DNA of 64,000 bases from the human T2T-CHM13v2.0 reference genome, Homo sapiens: assembly GCF_009914755.1 (NCBI RefSeq), contig NC_060939.1; one strand, given 5' to 3'. The notes below the pieces were generated by a model. That model was not told the DNA's origin. It saw only the letters and a program-made list of their open reading frames with translations, and ran no database searches. A program made the translations under genes and the position numbers. How positions within the stretch are numbered: the stretch's first letter is position 1; each line of letters starts with the position of its first letter. This document shows positions 40,256 to 52,689 of the stretch, piece after piece.

Positions 40256-40764
40256 TGTATGTGTTTTGCTTATATTGTACTGTAGAAACCAAAGGTTTAT
40301 CTCAATTGAGGAATGCCTAAATGCCTAACAAGTATACGTAGAGATGTAACATATAAATTTATGTAAATATGAAACATCTTTGGGATCTAGGAATAATCTA
40401 TGATATCAATGTTAATATTTGCAGCAATTACAAATTTGCCTCCCTTTTCAGCCCCTGTGATAAATACTTAATTTGGAATATTTACTCATTTTCATTGATG
40501 GGGCTAAAAAACAGATCATGATTAAAGTGACAATCTGAAAAAAGTTCTTATCAGAAAATCATCACTATAATTTTGTCATATAATTTTAATAAGTTAATTT
40601 AACTTATTTTAATAATCTATACAATATAACCATTACTAATATTTTATTGGTAATAATTATTAAATTATAGGTAATTATTATTGATAATTAGAATACTTTA
40701 TTCAATTTAGGAAATTTAAAGTTGGCTTATTTATTTTAAACCTATATAATCTTAATTCTTCTAA

Positions 40765-40955
40765 CGACATGGCTGAGCACTCTATATGACCTGGCATCAT
40801 GCTAGCCACAGCCCACATGTCATCACTAAACCTCACAAAACCATGTTTTATTTGGATTATTACCCTTATTTGGTGGTAAGCAAGTGAAACTCATAGAGTT
40901 TACGTAACTAGCGTAAGGGCATAGAGCTAGAAAGCAGAAGATCTAGGCGTGAATT
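40765..40955 (-). mobile_element. MIR SINE
   Basis: ctgagcactctatatgacctggca...aaacctcacaaaacc...gtgaaactcatagagtttacgtaactag. Confidence 0.65.
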
Positions 40956-40974
40956 TTGTTACAGTATTATATAT

Positions 40975-41054
40975 ATATGTTGTTGCAAAAGTAATTGCAG
41001 TTTTTGCCATTACTTTCAACAGCAAAGACCGCAATGACTTTTGTACCAACCTAA
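40975..41054. mobile_element. MADE1 (Hsmar1 MITE), full 80-bp palindromic copy
   Basis: gttgttgcaaaagtaattgcagtttttgccattactttcaacagcaaagaccgcaatgacttttgtaccaacctaa, flanked by TA. Confidence 0.92.
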
Positions 41055-41561
41055 TAGCAAATCTGGGTCTGTGCATTTCACAATGACAATAAGAATTTGT
41101 TGATCGAGGTTTTAGTACGACTTAATCCTATATAACATTAAATGTAATATTCTCTAGAGCAGCGCTTTGTGTCTATCTTCACATTTAGTTACTCCATTAG
41201 GGAACAGCCACTGTAGTTGTGCACTGCTTCCAGCTCCTCTGAATTCCTCAATGTGAAGACAGAAGGCTTCCTATGAAGATCTGAACATTAAAGAACTGGT
41301 AGCTGCCTCCACTCAATGCAGATTATGATGGATATTGTGGACTTATAGTTCTATTGGTGGCTCTTAGTAGTTGCCAGGGGACTTAATTACATGGCGACAG
41401 CAGTGGATTCTGATAAATATAATATCCATTGTGACTAAGTGTTGGAATTGAATTTGCCTATTGTCAATTTGGTAGTGCTTTTTATAATCAAAATGGCCAT
41501 TGTCATTGTTGCCTAGTAATTAATGTTGCTGAAAATATATCGCATAACTTTTCAAATATTT

Positions 41562-41596
41562 TGTTTGGCAAAACCAAAGATGGGTTTTGCCAAACA
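41562..41596. repeat. Perfect 14-bp inverted repeat with a 7-nt spacer
   Basis: TGTTTGGCAAAACC-aaagatg-GGTTTTGCCAAACA. Confidence 0.95.
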
Positions 41597-42063
41597 CTAG
41601 CTCCCTTAATTCTTGAGCCCATGTGTACTTTTAAGAAATAGTGAATCCATATGTTCCTGGTGTGTTTACATTTAACTCACCAAACTGTTGCCTTATGGGA
41701 ATTATATTGATGTCCAAAAGTCCTTTAAACATTATTTTACAAGTGTCTTTCCTTTTATAATGCTATCATCCAAGAAAATGAATCAAAAGAAAACACTATA
41801 TGTGCACCACCAAAACTCCAAGAAGGACTTCAAGCTGGCACTCATCTCCCTGCATTACTAATAAGTTTTGTTACTATTGAAATTGGAATTGCTGCCACAT
41901 ATTGAAATAAAGGGATGTAATTTTAAGGCATATTAAAATTTTGGATAGATCATTGTTTAAATATGAAATTTCTAGCAGAATAGAAAACACATTATACCTT
42001 TATAGAACTGACAAATCTAAAGTCTTTCAAATCAACTAATTCTCAGCAAAACTAGACCCAGTC

Positions 42064-42081
42064 AAAAAAAAAAAAAAAAAA
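42064..42081 (+). repeat. A18 homopolymer
   Basis: Directly visible. Confidence 0.95.
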
Positions 42082-42831
42082 GGAAAAAGGTGAAAGTGCC
42101 CAATTCAGGTTTGTTTATTCCAATGACATATACCTTCTAAGCCAAAGTGATCCTTATTCATGCACAAGGGGATAGTTTAATTACCTGATTTTCTGGAAAT
42201 GCCTTCAACCTGATGCAAATTTTAAAAATGAACATGTTGTAACTATAGCACTTTTCAAAACGCAAGAAAACAATTTCTGGCCTCATCAGCCCTAGGACAA
42301 CATTATGCAGTCCTTAGGAGGGGAGAGAATTTTAGAGAATATATGATATATTAGGGAGTGAATGATTATTCACAGCCATGAGGCCAGCCCATGTTTCAAT
42401 AAGACAAATTGCTGTGGAGTGTTCTGGTGGCAACCAATGATAACTCATGATCCTGAGACAGAGTGGGTGAAAATTACAGAGAATTGATGAAAATCAGGAG
42501 CAAGAGGACAAATGGCTCTAAAGAGAAGAATCTGTGATTATTATTTCCTAATCCTTCAGTCTGATAGAGCTTGAATCTATTTCCTTTGAAAAATCTATAG
42601 AGTGATAGACACTATATGTCAGCGTGAAAATGGCTGCATTTGTTTCTTGCCAATGGCAAATGATTAACTTTTCAGTATGGATGTAGGAATCAGCCCCCAA
42701 GGGAAGATGCATTTCCAAGGAGATGGCTCATATGGTTTGCAGCCTTCCCATCAGTCAAGTGCATCCTCAGAAATCTAGGAGCTACAGACACTTCAGTCCC
42801 ATCTACACTATTATCAAAAGAGCCGCTGAGT

Positions 42832-42906
42832 TCCATACTTTTAAAAGAAACACAATTTGTTTCCCATCTCTGAAACAAATGTGTTTCTTTTAAAAGTTTA
42901 GATGGA
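42832..42906. repeat. Long inverted repeat / hairpin (26-bp stem, one bulge, 8-nt loop)
   Basis: ACTTTTAAAAGAAACAC(A)ATTTGTTTC-ccatctct-GAAACAAATGTGTTTCTTTTAAAAGT, extended by tccat/atgga. Confidence 0.95.
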
Positions 42907-44269
42907 TTTCCTAAATAATGAATGATAATTGTTATTTTATAGTTGTTAGTGTAATGAATTTATTTGGGAATGAGAAAGAACATTGAAAACTCAGGTAGGA
43001 TTTATAGTGAATACAATATGTACATGATGGAGTCTTCAAAATTACTGATGGCTTGGGATCATAAGCTAGTTTAAGTAGTTCCCTGTGTAACTTGGACATG
43101 CTTTCTGGAATTGTTTAAGACAGTGTTATATAGCAAGATGCTTCCTGGAATATGTTCTGCGGTCACTTTATTTTGTAACCTCAAGATTAGTCATCAAGGT
43201 TACTGTCACATGTATTTTTCTATTCTTCCTTAAGGAGTAATTAGGCCAAACACCAGTGTCTCTGAGTTTTCCTTAACTTTTGAAAAATTGAAAATAGTGC
43301 TTAATCTAGCTTTAATTCACATTTGAGTGTTTATACACGATTAGTATCTGAATAACCCACATTCAACTACTGGTACTCGATAGCCCCACGTTGTCATTCT
43401 GAAATTTATTTGTACTTATTATAATTTAAGTAATATGGTTAAAAAAACTGTTTTGCTCCTAAATTGGCTCATTTAGTTTAAAGATGCATCATCAGTGATA
43501 CGGGTTCTTAATTCAGTCCTACACTCAGGTGAATCTTAGATAATTCATCACGGAACTTGGCTTTAAGGTAAGAATTTGAGTGCTCTATTTAAAAACATTA
43601 GCATTGCTTCCAAGTCATTTGTATTGGACTTTTCCAAAAGTACATAGTAAGCCATCATGGAAATTTTGGGAGGAAAAAGTAAATGTGAACATTCTTTTAA
43701 AATCAAATAAAATCATGATGCTGAAGCAGTGCCCACTGGCCTCCTTCCCCTGTGAGGGTGGAAGCTTGCTCACAGTCCTGCTGAGAGGCCGCAACATGCC
43801 CTTGCAGTGCTAGTCAAGCCCCTCTCTAGCGAAGTATGGCCCAGAATGTGCCCTGGGGCATTTGGCTGATCCTTTCTAAAAACCCCAAAGAATACAGTGA
43901 GCAATGCTCATTTCAAGATAGGCACGCCAATGGCTGCAGAAGTGATACTGCCATCATAGTCACATCCCAGTCCCTCCAGACAGCTGGTACGTGGAAGAAA
44001 TGTCTTTACAACCCCTTAAATACCTCCACATCGCCAGCGGATAGAGTCCAAACTCCTTAGCCCATCTCTGACCTCGAGCCATCTCTAGTCAGAATTTTAG
44101 ACCATAGTATTTGACTTATTACCGTAGTAAATCTCCTCTTTGTGCCACCACTGTTTAAGGAACACACTTCTATTTCTGCACTCATTACTGTGTTACAGTT
44201 ATTTGCTTGAAAGTCCATCTTTCTAGGCTGTGAACATATTGATTCCTGATCTGTATTTTGTTTTATCTC

Positions 44270-45560
44270 CAAAAATATTATGAAAATTTTCAAACATACG
44301 TAAAAGTTGAAAGAATTTTATAGTGAATACCCCTTATCCCAAAGTGATTCTACATTTGACATTTTAATGTACTTGCTTAGTAACGTCTATTCATCTATCC
44401 ATCCATCCTTCCAGCCATCAATCCATTTTATTATTTTTATGAATATCAAAGTAAGTTTTTGATCAGTAAACTTCACTTTATACACACAAAATAGAGTTGA
44501 ATATTTGTTTAGAATTCTTTTTCTTTAAAGTAAACATAACATATTAAAACCACAAAACTTACGTATACCATTTGGTGAGTTCTGACAAATGCATTCATCT
44601 GTGCAAATCAAATACCTATGATATGAAATATTATCAACAGAAAAACTTCCCCCATGCACCTTCCCAACACCTTCAAAATTAACCTCTGTTCTGCTTTTTT
44701 CCCCAAAATATATTTGTTTTCAATTTCAGAACTTTACACAGAATCAATTCTTTATATCTCTTTTTTTTCATTCTCTATTTTTGAGATTTACCCATGTTGT
44801 TTCAAGTTGCATGTATAAGTTCATTTGTTTTGGGGGAGAAGTAGTAAAAAATTGCGTGTATATATCACAGTTTGTTTACGCATTCTTATATTGATGGATT
44901 TATGAGCTGTTTCACAATTTTTGCTAATATGAATAAAACTGATAGGAATTTTCTTGAAAAAGCTTTTTGTGGCTATATATGTATTTTTTCTCAGATAAAT
45001 AACTAGGAATCAGATTGGCATCGTGTAGGTGGATGTATAGTTTTAGGATAAACTGCCAGAATTATTTCCAAAGTGGTTCTATGGTTTCACTCTTAATAAT
45101 TTATGAGAGTTCTGTTGTTCCACATATTTTTGATCATTTGGTGTCATCTGTCTTTTTCAAATTTTGACAATTATAGTTGGTGTATACTCATATCTCTTTT
45201 TAGTTTTAATTTGAAATTCCCTTATAACTAATGATGCTGAGCACATTTTTGGTTGCTTACTAGCTAATTAATGTATCTGTTTTTGTGAGATGTCTATTAA
45301 CATTTGTTGCCTGTGTTTGAATGTTTGTTTTCTTATTATTGAATTATAATGATAAGCTACATATGCTGAATACTAGGTTTTTGTCAGATACATGTTTTGC
45401 AAATTTTTTCTTCAAGTCTGTTCTCATGATTTATTTTGTTAATGTTGCCTTCAGATGAACAGAACTTTTTACCTTGATGAAATTTAAATTATTATTCTAT
45501 TCATGACTCTTACCGTTTGTGTCCTAAGAAAATTTTGCTTCTCCTCAAGTCACACAGATA
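44270..45560 (-). mobile_element. L1ME-type 3'UTR and ORF2 end
   Basis: attatgaaaattttcaaacatac...aaaagttgaaagaatttta 3' end; aactgccagaattatttccaaagtggtt; taactaatgatgctgagcacatttt. Confidence 0.85.
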
Positions 45561-45564
45561 GCCC

Positions 45565-48500
45565 GGAGTGTCTATACTAATGACAAAATAAACCTTAAGA
45601 GAAAAATTAATAGAAAAAAATGGCATTTTATACTGTTAGATAAGACATTCCATCAGGAAAACATAACAATTATAAACATACTTCTACCTAACAACGGCAA
45701 CTCAAATACATGAGAGGAAACTGACAAAATTGAACAAAGAAATAGACAATTTAACAATAATAGTTGGAGACTAAAACACCCATTTTTAATAATGGATGGA
45801 TCAATTTGGAAGATGATGAAAGAGAAAATAGAAGACTTGAAAAAAACTATAAATCCACAGAACTAGTAGACATTTTTAATACATTCTACACAATAACAAC
45901 AAACTATTTCCATGTACACATAAAATATGCTCCAGGATAGACCATACATTAGGCCACAAAATAAGCCTCGATAAATGTAAAAGGATTACAATCATACAAA
46001 GTTGTTATCTGATTATAGCATAAAAAATTAGAAATCAGTAACAGAAGGAAATTTGGGAAATTCACAAATATATAGAAATTAAACAGCACACTACTGAATA
46101 ACAAATGATTCAAAAAAGAACTTACAAGAAAAGTTATAAAGTATTTTGAGACACATGAAAAGAAAAACACAACATGGCAAAGCTATTGGATGCAGCTAAA
46201 GAGAGTAGTTAGAAGTGAATTTATACCTCAAAATGTTTATATTAAAAAAGAAGAAAAAAGCCCAAATTATAATTATTAACTTCAACTTCTGCTATAAGGA
46301 ACTAGAAAATGAACAGCAAATGAAATGCAAAGCAAGCAGAAGGAAGAAAAGAAATATCAAGTGTAAATTAACAAAACAGAGAATAGAAAATCAGTATAGG
46401 AACACACCAAAATTGAAACTTGTTCTTGGAGAAAAGATCATTATATAATTGGCAAGCCTTTAGCTATGCTTACCAAGGAAAAAAATAAAAGTCTTAAATT
46501 AATAAGATCAGGAGTAAAATAAGGGGTATTACTGCCAACATTATAGAAATAAAACAAATTATAAAGAAATATTGGGAATGATTGTGTGTCAACAAAATAG
46601 ACAAGCTAGATGTAATGAACAAGTTTCTAGAAAAACAAAATTACCAAAACTGCCTAATGTAAAAACATAAAATATGAATCGATTTTTAAAAATATAAAGT
46701 TAGTAATCAAATCTTGCCATGAGGAAAAGCCTTGGCACACATAGCTTCACATATGAATTCTGCCAAATGTTTAAAGAAGAATTAGTGCAAATCCTCTTTC
46801 ACAAACTCTTTCAAAAATTAGAATTTGAGGAAACACTTTTCAGTTCATTTAATGAGGTCGGTATTACCCAAATACCAAAACCAGACAAGGATATTACAAG
46901 ACAAGAAAACTATGAATTAATACTCTTTATGAATATAGACACAATACTTCAATAAAATAGTTAACCTTTGAACAATGCAGGGTTTGAACCATGCAGGTCC
47001 ACCTATATGCAGATTTTATTCAATAAAAGATACACCAAAGGTACCTGCTTCTCCTGCTTCACTTTCACCTTCTCCATGTTTTCCAACTCTGCTACCCCTG
47101 AGATAGCAAGATCAACACTTTCTCCTTCTCAGCCTAGTCAATGTGAAGGTGATGAGGATGAAGACCTTTATAATGATCCACTTCTATTTAATAAATAGTA
47201 AATATATTTTCTCTCCTGTATGATTTTATTAACATTTTCTTTTATCTAGCTTACTTTATTGACAGAATACAGTATATGATACATATACAAAATATGTGTT
47301 ACTTAACCGTTTATGTTACTGGTAAGGTTTCTGGTGGACAGTAGTCTATTAGTAGTTAAGTTTTGGAGGAGTCAAAAGTTATACATGAATTTTGGATGTT
47401 AAATGGCACTGAAGTTCCTAACTTCTGTGTTGTTCAAGGGTCAACTATGCTAACAAACTGAATCCAGCAATGTATATAAGGAATTATACACAATGATTGA
47501 GTGAAATTTATCTCAGGAATTCAAGGTTGGTTTAATATATGAAATTAATCAGTGTAATTCATAATTTAATAATGAACAAGAAACACATAATTACTTCAAT
47601 AGACATAGAGAAATAATTTAACAAAATGCACAATGCTTTCATTATAAAACACTCAAAACTAGGAATAGAAGGGAACACTACATCATTCTGATAAAGGCCA
47701 TTTACCAAAAACCCATAGCTATTATAATGCTAATGGTGAAAAACTGAATGCTTTTCCCTAAAATAAGAAAATAGACAAGAATGTCTACTCTCATTTCTTC
47801 TATTCAGTATTTTCTGGCGATTCAAGCCAGAACAAATCTACAAGAAAAAGATAGAAGGAAACAAGTAAACTATCTTTATTCACAGAAGATATTATTTTAT
47901 GTAAAAAATTATAAAGGACCCCTCCCTTCCCCAGAAAAACATTAGAACTCATAAACAAGTTCACTAAGGTCACAGGAAAAACATCATCACATCATCATAA
48001 CAAAATCAATTGTATTTTTATATGCTAGCAACGAACAATCCAGAAACAAAAAAAACAACTTTACAATAGCATCAAAAAAGAATAAAATCTTAGACATAAA
48101 TATGACAAAAGAAGTGAAATCTTTTTTCACTGGGCACTACAAACATCATTGAAAGAAATTAGAAACCTAAACAAAGACATACATGTTCATGAATTGGAAG
48201 ACAATATTTCTTTCAAAATCCAAGTTACACTTTTTGCATAAATTTACAAGCTCTTCCTAAAATTCATATGGAAATTAAAAGCATCAAGAAGAGCCAAAAT
48301 AATTTTCAAAAACAAACAAGTTGGAGCACTCACATTTCTTGTTTTCAGAACTTACCAAACAGCTGTGGTAATCAAGACAGTGTGGTATTGGTTTAAGGAT
48401 ATACACAGAGATCAGTGGTGTGTAATTGAGGGTCATAAATAAACCCTTACATTGATTTTTCAGTGGGTTCCAGTATAATTGAAAAGGGAAGAAGTAACAT

Positions 48501-48875
48501 TTGCAATAAATCGTTCTAGGACAAGTAAATATCCACATACAAAAGAATGAAGTTAAACATCTTTGTCACATCATATTCAGTAACCCAAAATATATTAAAT
48601 GCCTAAATGTAACAGCAAGTTTGTATGAAATTTATGGTAGAAATCAAAGGACTAAATCTTTGTGACCTTACATTACGCAATGGCTTCCTAGATATCACAC
48701 CAACAGCACAAATGAAAAAGACTATGTTAGATCTCATCAAAACTAAAAACTTTTCTGCTTTAAAAGACATCATAATAAAGTGAAAAAACAATCCAAATAA
48801 TGGGAGAAAATATTTGGAAATCATATATCTTACAAGGACTTTCACCCAGAATATAAGAACTCTTACAACTCATAG
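45565..48875 (+). mobile_element. L1M ORF2 segment (endonuclease to C-terminal region), sense orientation, no 3'UTR
   Basis: A-rich ORF2 motifs (acaataatagttggagac, ggatagaccatacattaggccacaaa); ORF 46719-46955 resembles L1 RT (FYQTFKEEL..LFQK..F.EASIT.IPKPDKD..ENY). Confidence 0.9.
46958..47447 (+). mobile_element. Tigger2a-like non-autonomous DNA transposon inserted in L1
   Basis: TIRs tagttaacctttgaacaatgcaggg and gttgttcaagggtcaacta; internal gaggatgaagacctttataatgatccacttc. Confidence 0.9.
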
Positions 48876-48880
48876 AATTC

Positions 48881-48957
48881 TCTATGAAGAATCTCACCAG
48901 ACACCAAACCTATCAGCACCTTGATCTTGGACTTTCCAACCTTCAGAACTGTGAAAT
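48881..48957 (+). mobile_element. MaLR (MLT1/MST) LTR fragment
   Basis: ctcaccagacaccaaacc...gcaccttgatcttggactttccaaccttcagaactgtga. Confidence 0.75.
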
Positions 48958-48959
48958 CT

Positions 48960-51240
48960 ACTTTATTCAACATGATGTACAGCCACTCCAACATCCTTAT
49001 GAATATGCTTTACATTGTATTTCTTTTTCTATTTACTTTCAATCTATCTGCATCTTTATATGTATAATACTTTTATAGTGGACAACATCTATCTAGTTAG
49101 TTCTTCATTCTATATCCATTCTGAAAATCTCTTTCAATTAGATTATTTAGTTCATTATCTTTTAATGCAATATTTGATGTCATTTTACCATTTGCTTTGC
49201 TGTGTTTCCTCTGTTTTTTTAAAATTTATCAGGTTTTCCTTTCCTGATTTTTTTTATTTTTTTATTTTTTTATTTTTTATTTTTTATTTTATTATTATTA
49301 TACTTTAAATTTTATGCAAATCTTTAAAGATTTCATTTTAATGTATGCACTGGATTCCTATGTCTACATATTGGCATTAATTTTTAGTGAATCTTCTATG
49401 GATTAAAGTATACATCCTCAACTTTAAGATTTGTTATTATGCCACATTATGAAAAATATAGAATCCTTGAGATGATGCAGTTCCATTTGCAACCTCTTTC
49501 TATCCTTTATACTATAGTTTTTATTTACATACATTAAAAGTTCCAGAACACTATATAAGAATGTGAACTTTAAGCAGCTATATGAATTCTAAAGAAATTT
49601 AGAGGATAGGCAGTTTTTTTAAAAAAACAATTATTTACTATTTTGAGTTTCCTCATATACAGAAGATCTGCATATCCATCTTGTCTTATTTTTTTTTTCC
49701 TTCATCCTGAAGAAGTTCCTTGGGCATTTCTAAGTAGTGCAAATCTATTTGCAATGATTTCTCTTAATTTTTGTTTAACTCAATATGCCTTTATTTTGTA
49801 TTCACTCTTGAGGGTTATATTTGCCAGATGTAGAATTCTAGGTTGAAAGTTTATTTACTTTTCAGTGCTTCCCTTTGGCCTTCTCTCCAATGTTTCTGAT
49901 GAGAAGTCTGTGGTGATTGAAATAACTGTTCTGTATTTAATATACTCTCTTGCCTCTTTCTAGATTTTCTTTGAAAACATTTTGACTATAATGGACTTAG
50001 TATGTTTTTCTTTGCATTTAGCCTGGTTGAGTTTCACTAAGTTGTTTGAATTTGTAATATTATGTCTTCAACTAAAATTTGGATATTTTTGGTCAACAGT
50101 TCTTTGATTTTTTGGAAGCCCCATTCTCTTTCTGATCTGGCACTTCAATATATTAGACCTTTCAACATTTTCCCATAGGTCTCTACCACTTTATTAAATT
50201 TTTCTGCCATTAAAAAATCAATTTTCCTTCATTAACATAATTTCTATCATTTTAATATCAAGATCAGTGATTTTTTGTTTTGTCTTGTGATCTTCACTTT
50301 TCTGGTAAGCTCATCCAATGTAGGTGGATAGATTGCTAGATTAGACATATACATAGATATGGATATACATAAATAGATAGATGTAATACATGAGTGTATA
50401 GAAGCTGCACTTAACAGTCCTAAAATTTCCATTTGGTTTTCTTTCACCCATTATATTTGTCTATTGAAATGTTATTTTTTTCCTCATACTTTGTTTTACA
50501 TCATTAAGTACCATCAAAACAATTACTTTAAAATCCTTTCTGCTAATTCAAATATCTGAGCCATGTCAGGGCTTATCTCTATTCATTTTTTCTTGTTAAA
50601 TATCATTTTATTCTATTTTCCATGTATTCCAAAATTTTCAGTTGTATCCTGGACATTTTGAAGAATACTGTACAGAAGCTTTTTCATCATCTTGCATTCT
50701 TTTGAAGAGAAAAACTTTTTTAAAAAGTAACCCGTTAACTCAAACTATAATCTGAACTCAAACTATAATCTCTGTTTTGTCCTTAAGAAAATGGAAGGTT
50801 AACTCCTCTTGAGTTCTTTTTAGATTTAACTGGCCTGATTGGATTCTGTCTTGTATATGTATGTTTCAGGGTTCAGCCAAAGACTTGAGCAGAGTTTATG
50901 CAGAGAATGTGGGGCTGATTCTCTACAGCATTTCCTTTTCCAGGATTTCCACCAACCCCTCATTGCCCATTGATTCCCATCATTAGTCATTGCTTCAATC
51001 TCTGTCATACAGTTTGTCAAATCAGTAGGACTGTGGGTTTCCCACTGGAGTTTTAGCTACCTCTTGTGGTATAGACAAGGGACTTTTACTGGGTGAAAAC
51101 TTATAAAAATAAGAAAATTACCCAGATTTTTTCCCTTTTCTTTTAGTGGCAACTCTCCTCAAATTTCTGCCTTCTTTTCATTCTTCAGTGCCTGCATGTG
51201 GAAGTTTTTCTGTTTTCTCCAGAATTTATTGTTAGCTGTT
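48960..51240 (-). mobile_element. Ancient L1M ORF2 start, ORF1 and 5' region
   Basis: tacagccactcca (antisense ORF2 start), tagaattctaggttga, gtttctgatgagaagtctg; T-rich degenerate ORF1. Confidence 0.75.
49248..49314 (-). mobile_element. Extremely truncated L1PA tail
   Basis: (TTTTTTA)n followed by ttattattattatactttaaatttta, matching the reverse complement of the primate L1 terminus. Confidence 0.6.
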
Positions 51241-51289
51241 GTTGCTACTCAACCATATTGGAGGCAAAAATCTCTGTATCTTCTCAAAG

Positions 51290-51401
51290 TTTGTATTATT
51301 GGTCCTAAACACAGTACAGATACATGCAATATATGTTTAATGAATTGAGGAATATTTAATGAGGAATTAATAAAATAATAAATAAAAATAAATGAATGAA
51401 T
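51290..51401 (+). mobile_element. L2 terminal fragment
   Basis: cctaaacacagtac...aatgaatgaat tail. Confidence 0.5.
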
Positions 51402-52405
51402 GGAGACTAATTTGTACCCACTGACAACCCAAACATCTTGCAATAGTGTATCTCATTATATTTCACCTTTACTATGCTGTTTTTGTCAGCTCTAACTGCA
51501 TACCTCTGTTGAGCTAGTCTACAGAGAAGAGGAAATTATATGTCTGATGCAGAAGCTGGAGGAAGAAAAACAGTAACTTAAATGAGGAGCAGGGCAAGTC
51601 CTTCCACATCCATGATATTTTCTACAGTTTACAAACCCCTCTTCATCTCACAGGCTAAGTAATTTCCACAAGTCAAGGGAAAGTTTGAATTCAGTTACAC
51701 AAAATAGTTTACAGTTCACAAAATAGAGCTGGTCAGATTGACCTTTTAAAACCAATAAAAACTGTGCAGTGTATAATCCCATAGTTATAAAATAAATCCC
51801 GAAATTTTGTATTTTTTTAAATTTTGGAAGTTTTGCAGACTTCCAAATTCTCAGATATCAGAAAGCCATACTATAGTCTGGGCCTCCAGACAAAGCATCA
51901 TTGTGCCAGCTAGTCATGTTCCAAGCTACCTGAGTCTTCTTGTAAACAATATTTCAATATCTCGTATGTCATAGGGTCCCTCACTGTCTCTTTGTTGCTG
52001 ATGCTTCCAGCATAGAGTTTGGGGCCATTGATCCCAAGTGATCTCTTGAATATTTAGAACACATTTTTTACTCCTTGTCCTACTTCAGTCTTCCTCATAG
52101 TCACCATGGTAATTGTTCTAAAACAAAAGCTATGTAATATTTTTGCCCCTTCTTGAATGCCTGTGATCATGGTCTGCTAATTAAACAATAAAATCAGAAT
52201 GAATTACAGGTGTATGCAATGTCCCCCATAGTGCTCCCCCAATGTACCCCTCCAGAGGATCCTACCACATTCCTGAGCTCAAACACACCTTCTTTATACA
52301 TGCACTTTCTTCGGAGGAATTAAAGTACTTAATGTGTTGCAGTAAGAAATCTTCTACCTAATTCCCTTCCTCACTGTGAAACAGAAATGTAATTATTATT
52401 TGTTT

Positions 52406-52689
52406 GTATGTTTCATGTTGTCACCCAGCCTTGAGTGCAATGGCACAATCTCAGAGCTCACTGCAGCCTCCGCCTCCCAGGTTCAAACAATTCTGTCTCA
52501 GCCTGCTGAGTAGCTGGGACTACAAGCGTGCACCACCATGCCCAGCTAATCTTTGTATTTTTAGTAGAGAGTAGAGACAGGGTTTCACCATATTGGTCAG
52601 GCTGGTCTCCATCTGCTGACCGCAGGTGATCCCCCTACCTCGGCCTCCCAAAGTGCTGGGATTACAGGCATGAGCCACGGCTCCTGGCC
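52406..52689 (-). mobile_element. AluS (Sx/Sz-like) with an eroded or absent tail
   Basis: Dimer body; internal duplication gtagaga-gtagaga; ttatttgttt on both flanks. Confidence 0.9.

Noticed and set aside
40560-40760. Very AT-rich stretch with short palindromes (similar ones at 23550-23590 and 57600-57900)
   Set aside because: Low-complexity AT DNA produces such palindromes by chance; there is no long perfect stem
43529-43567. Possible 39-nt plus-strand microexon (cag|...AAG|gtaaga)
   Set aside because: Weak pyrimidine tract and stop codons in all three frames; chance-level evidence
46215-48845. ORFs with reverse-transcriptase-like peptides
   Set aside because: Fragments of a dead L1 ORF2 with many stops and frameshifts; not an active retroelement or retron-like system
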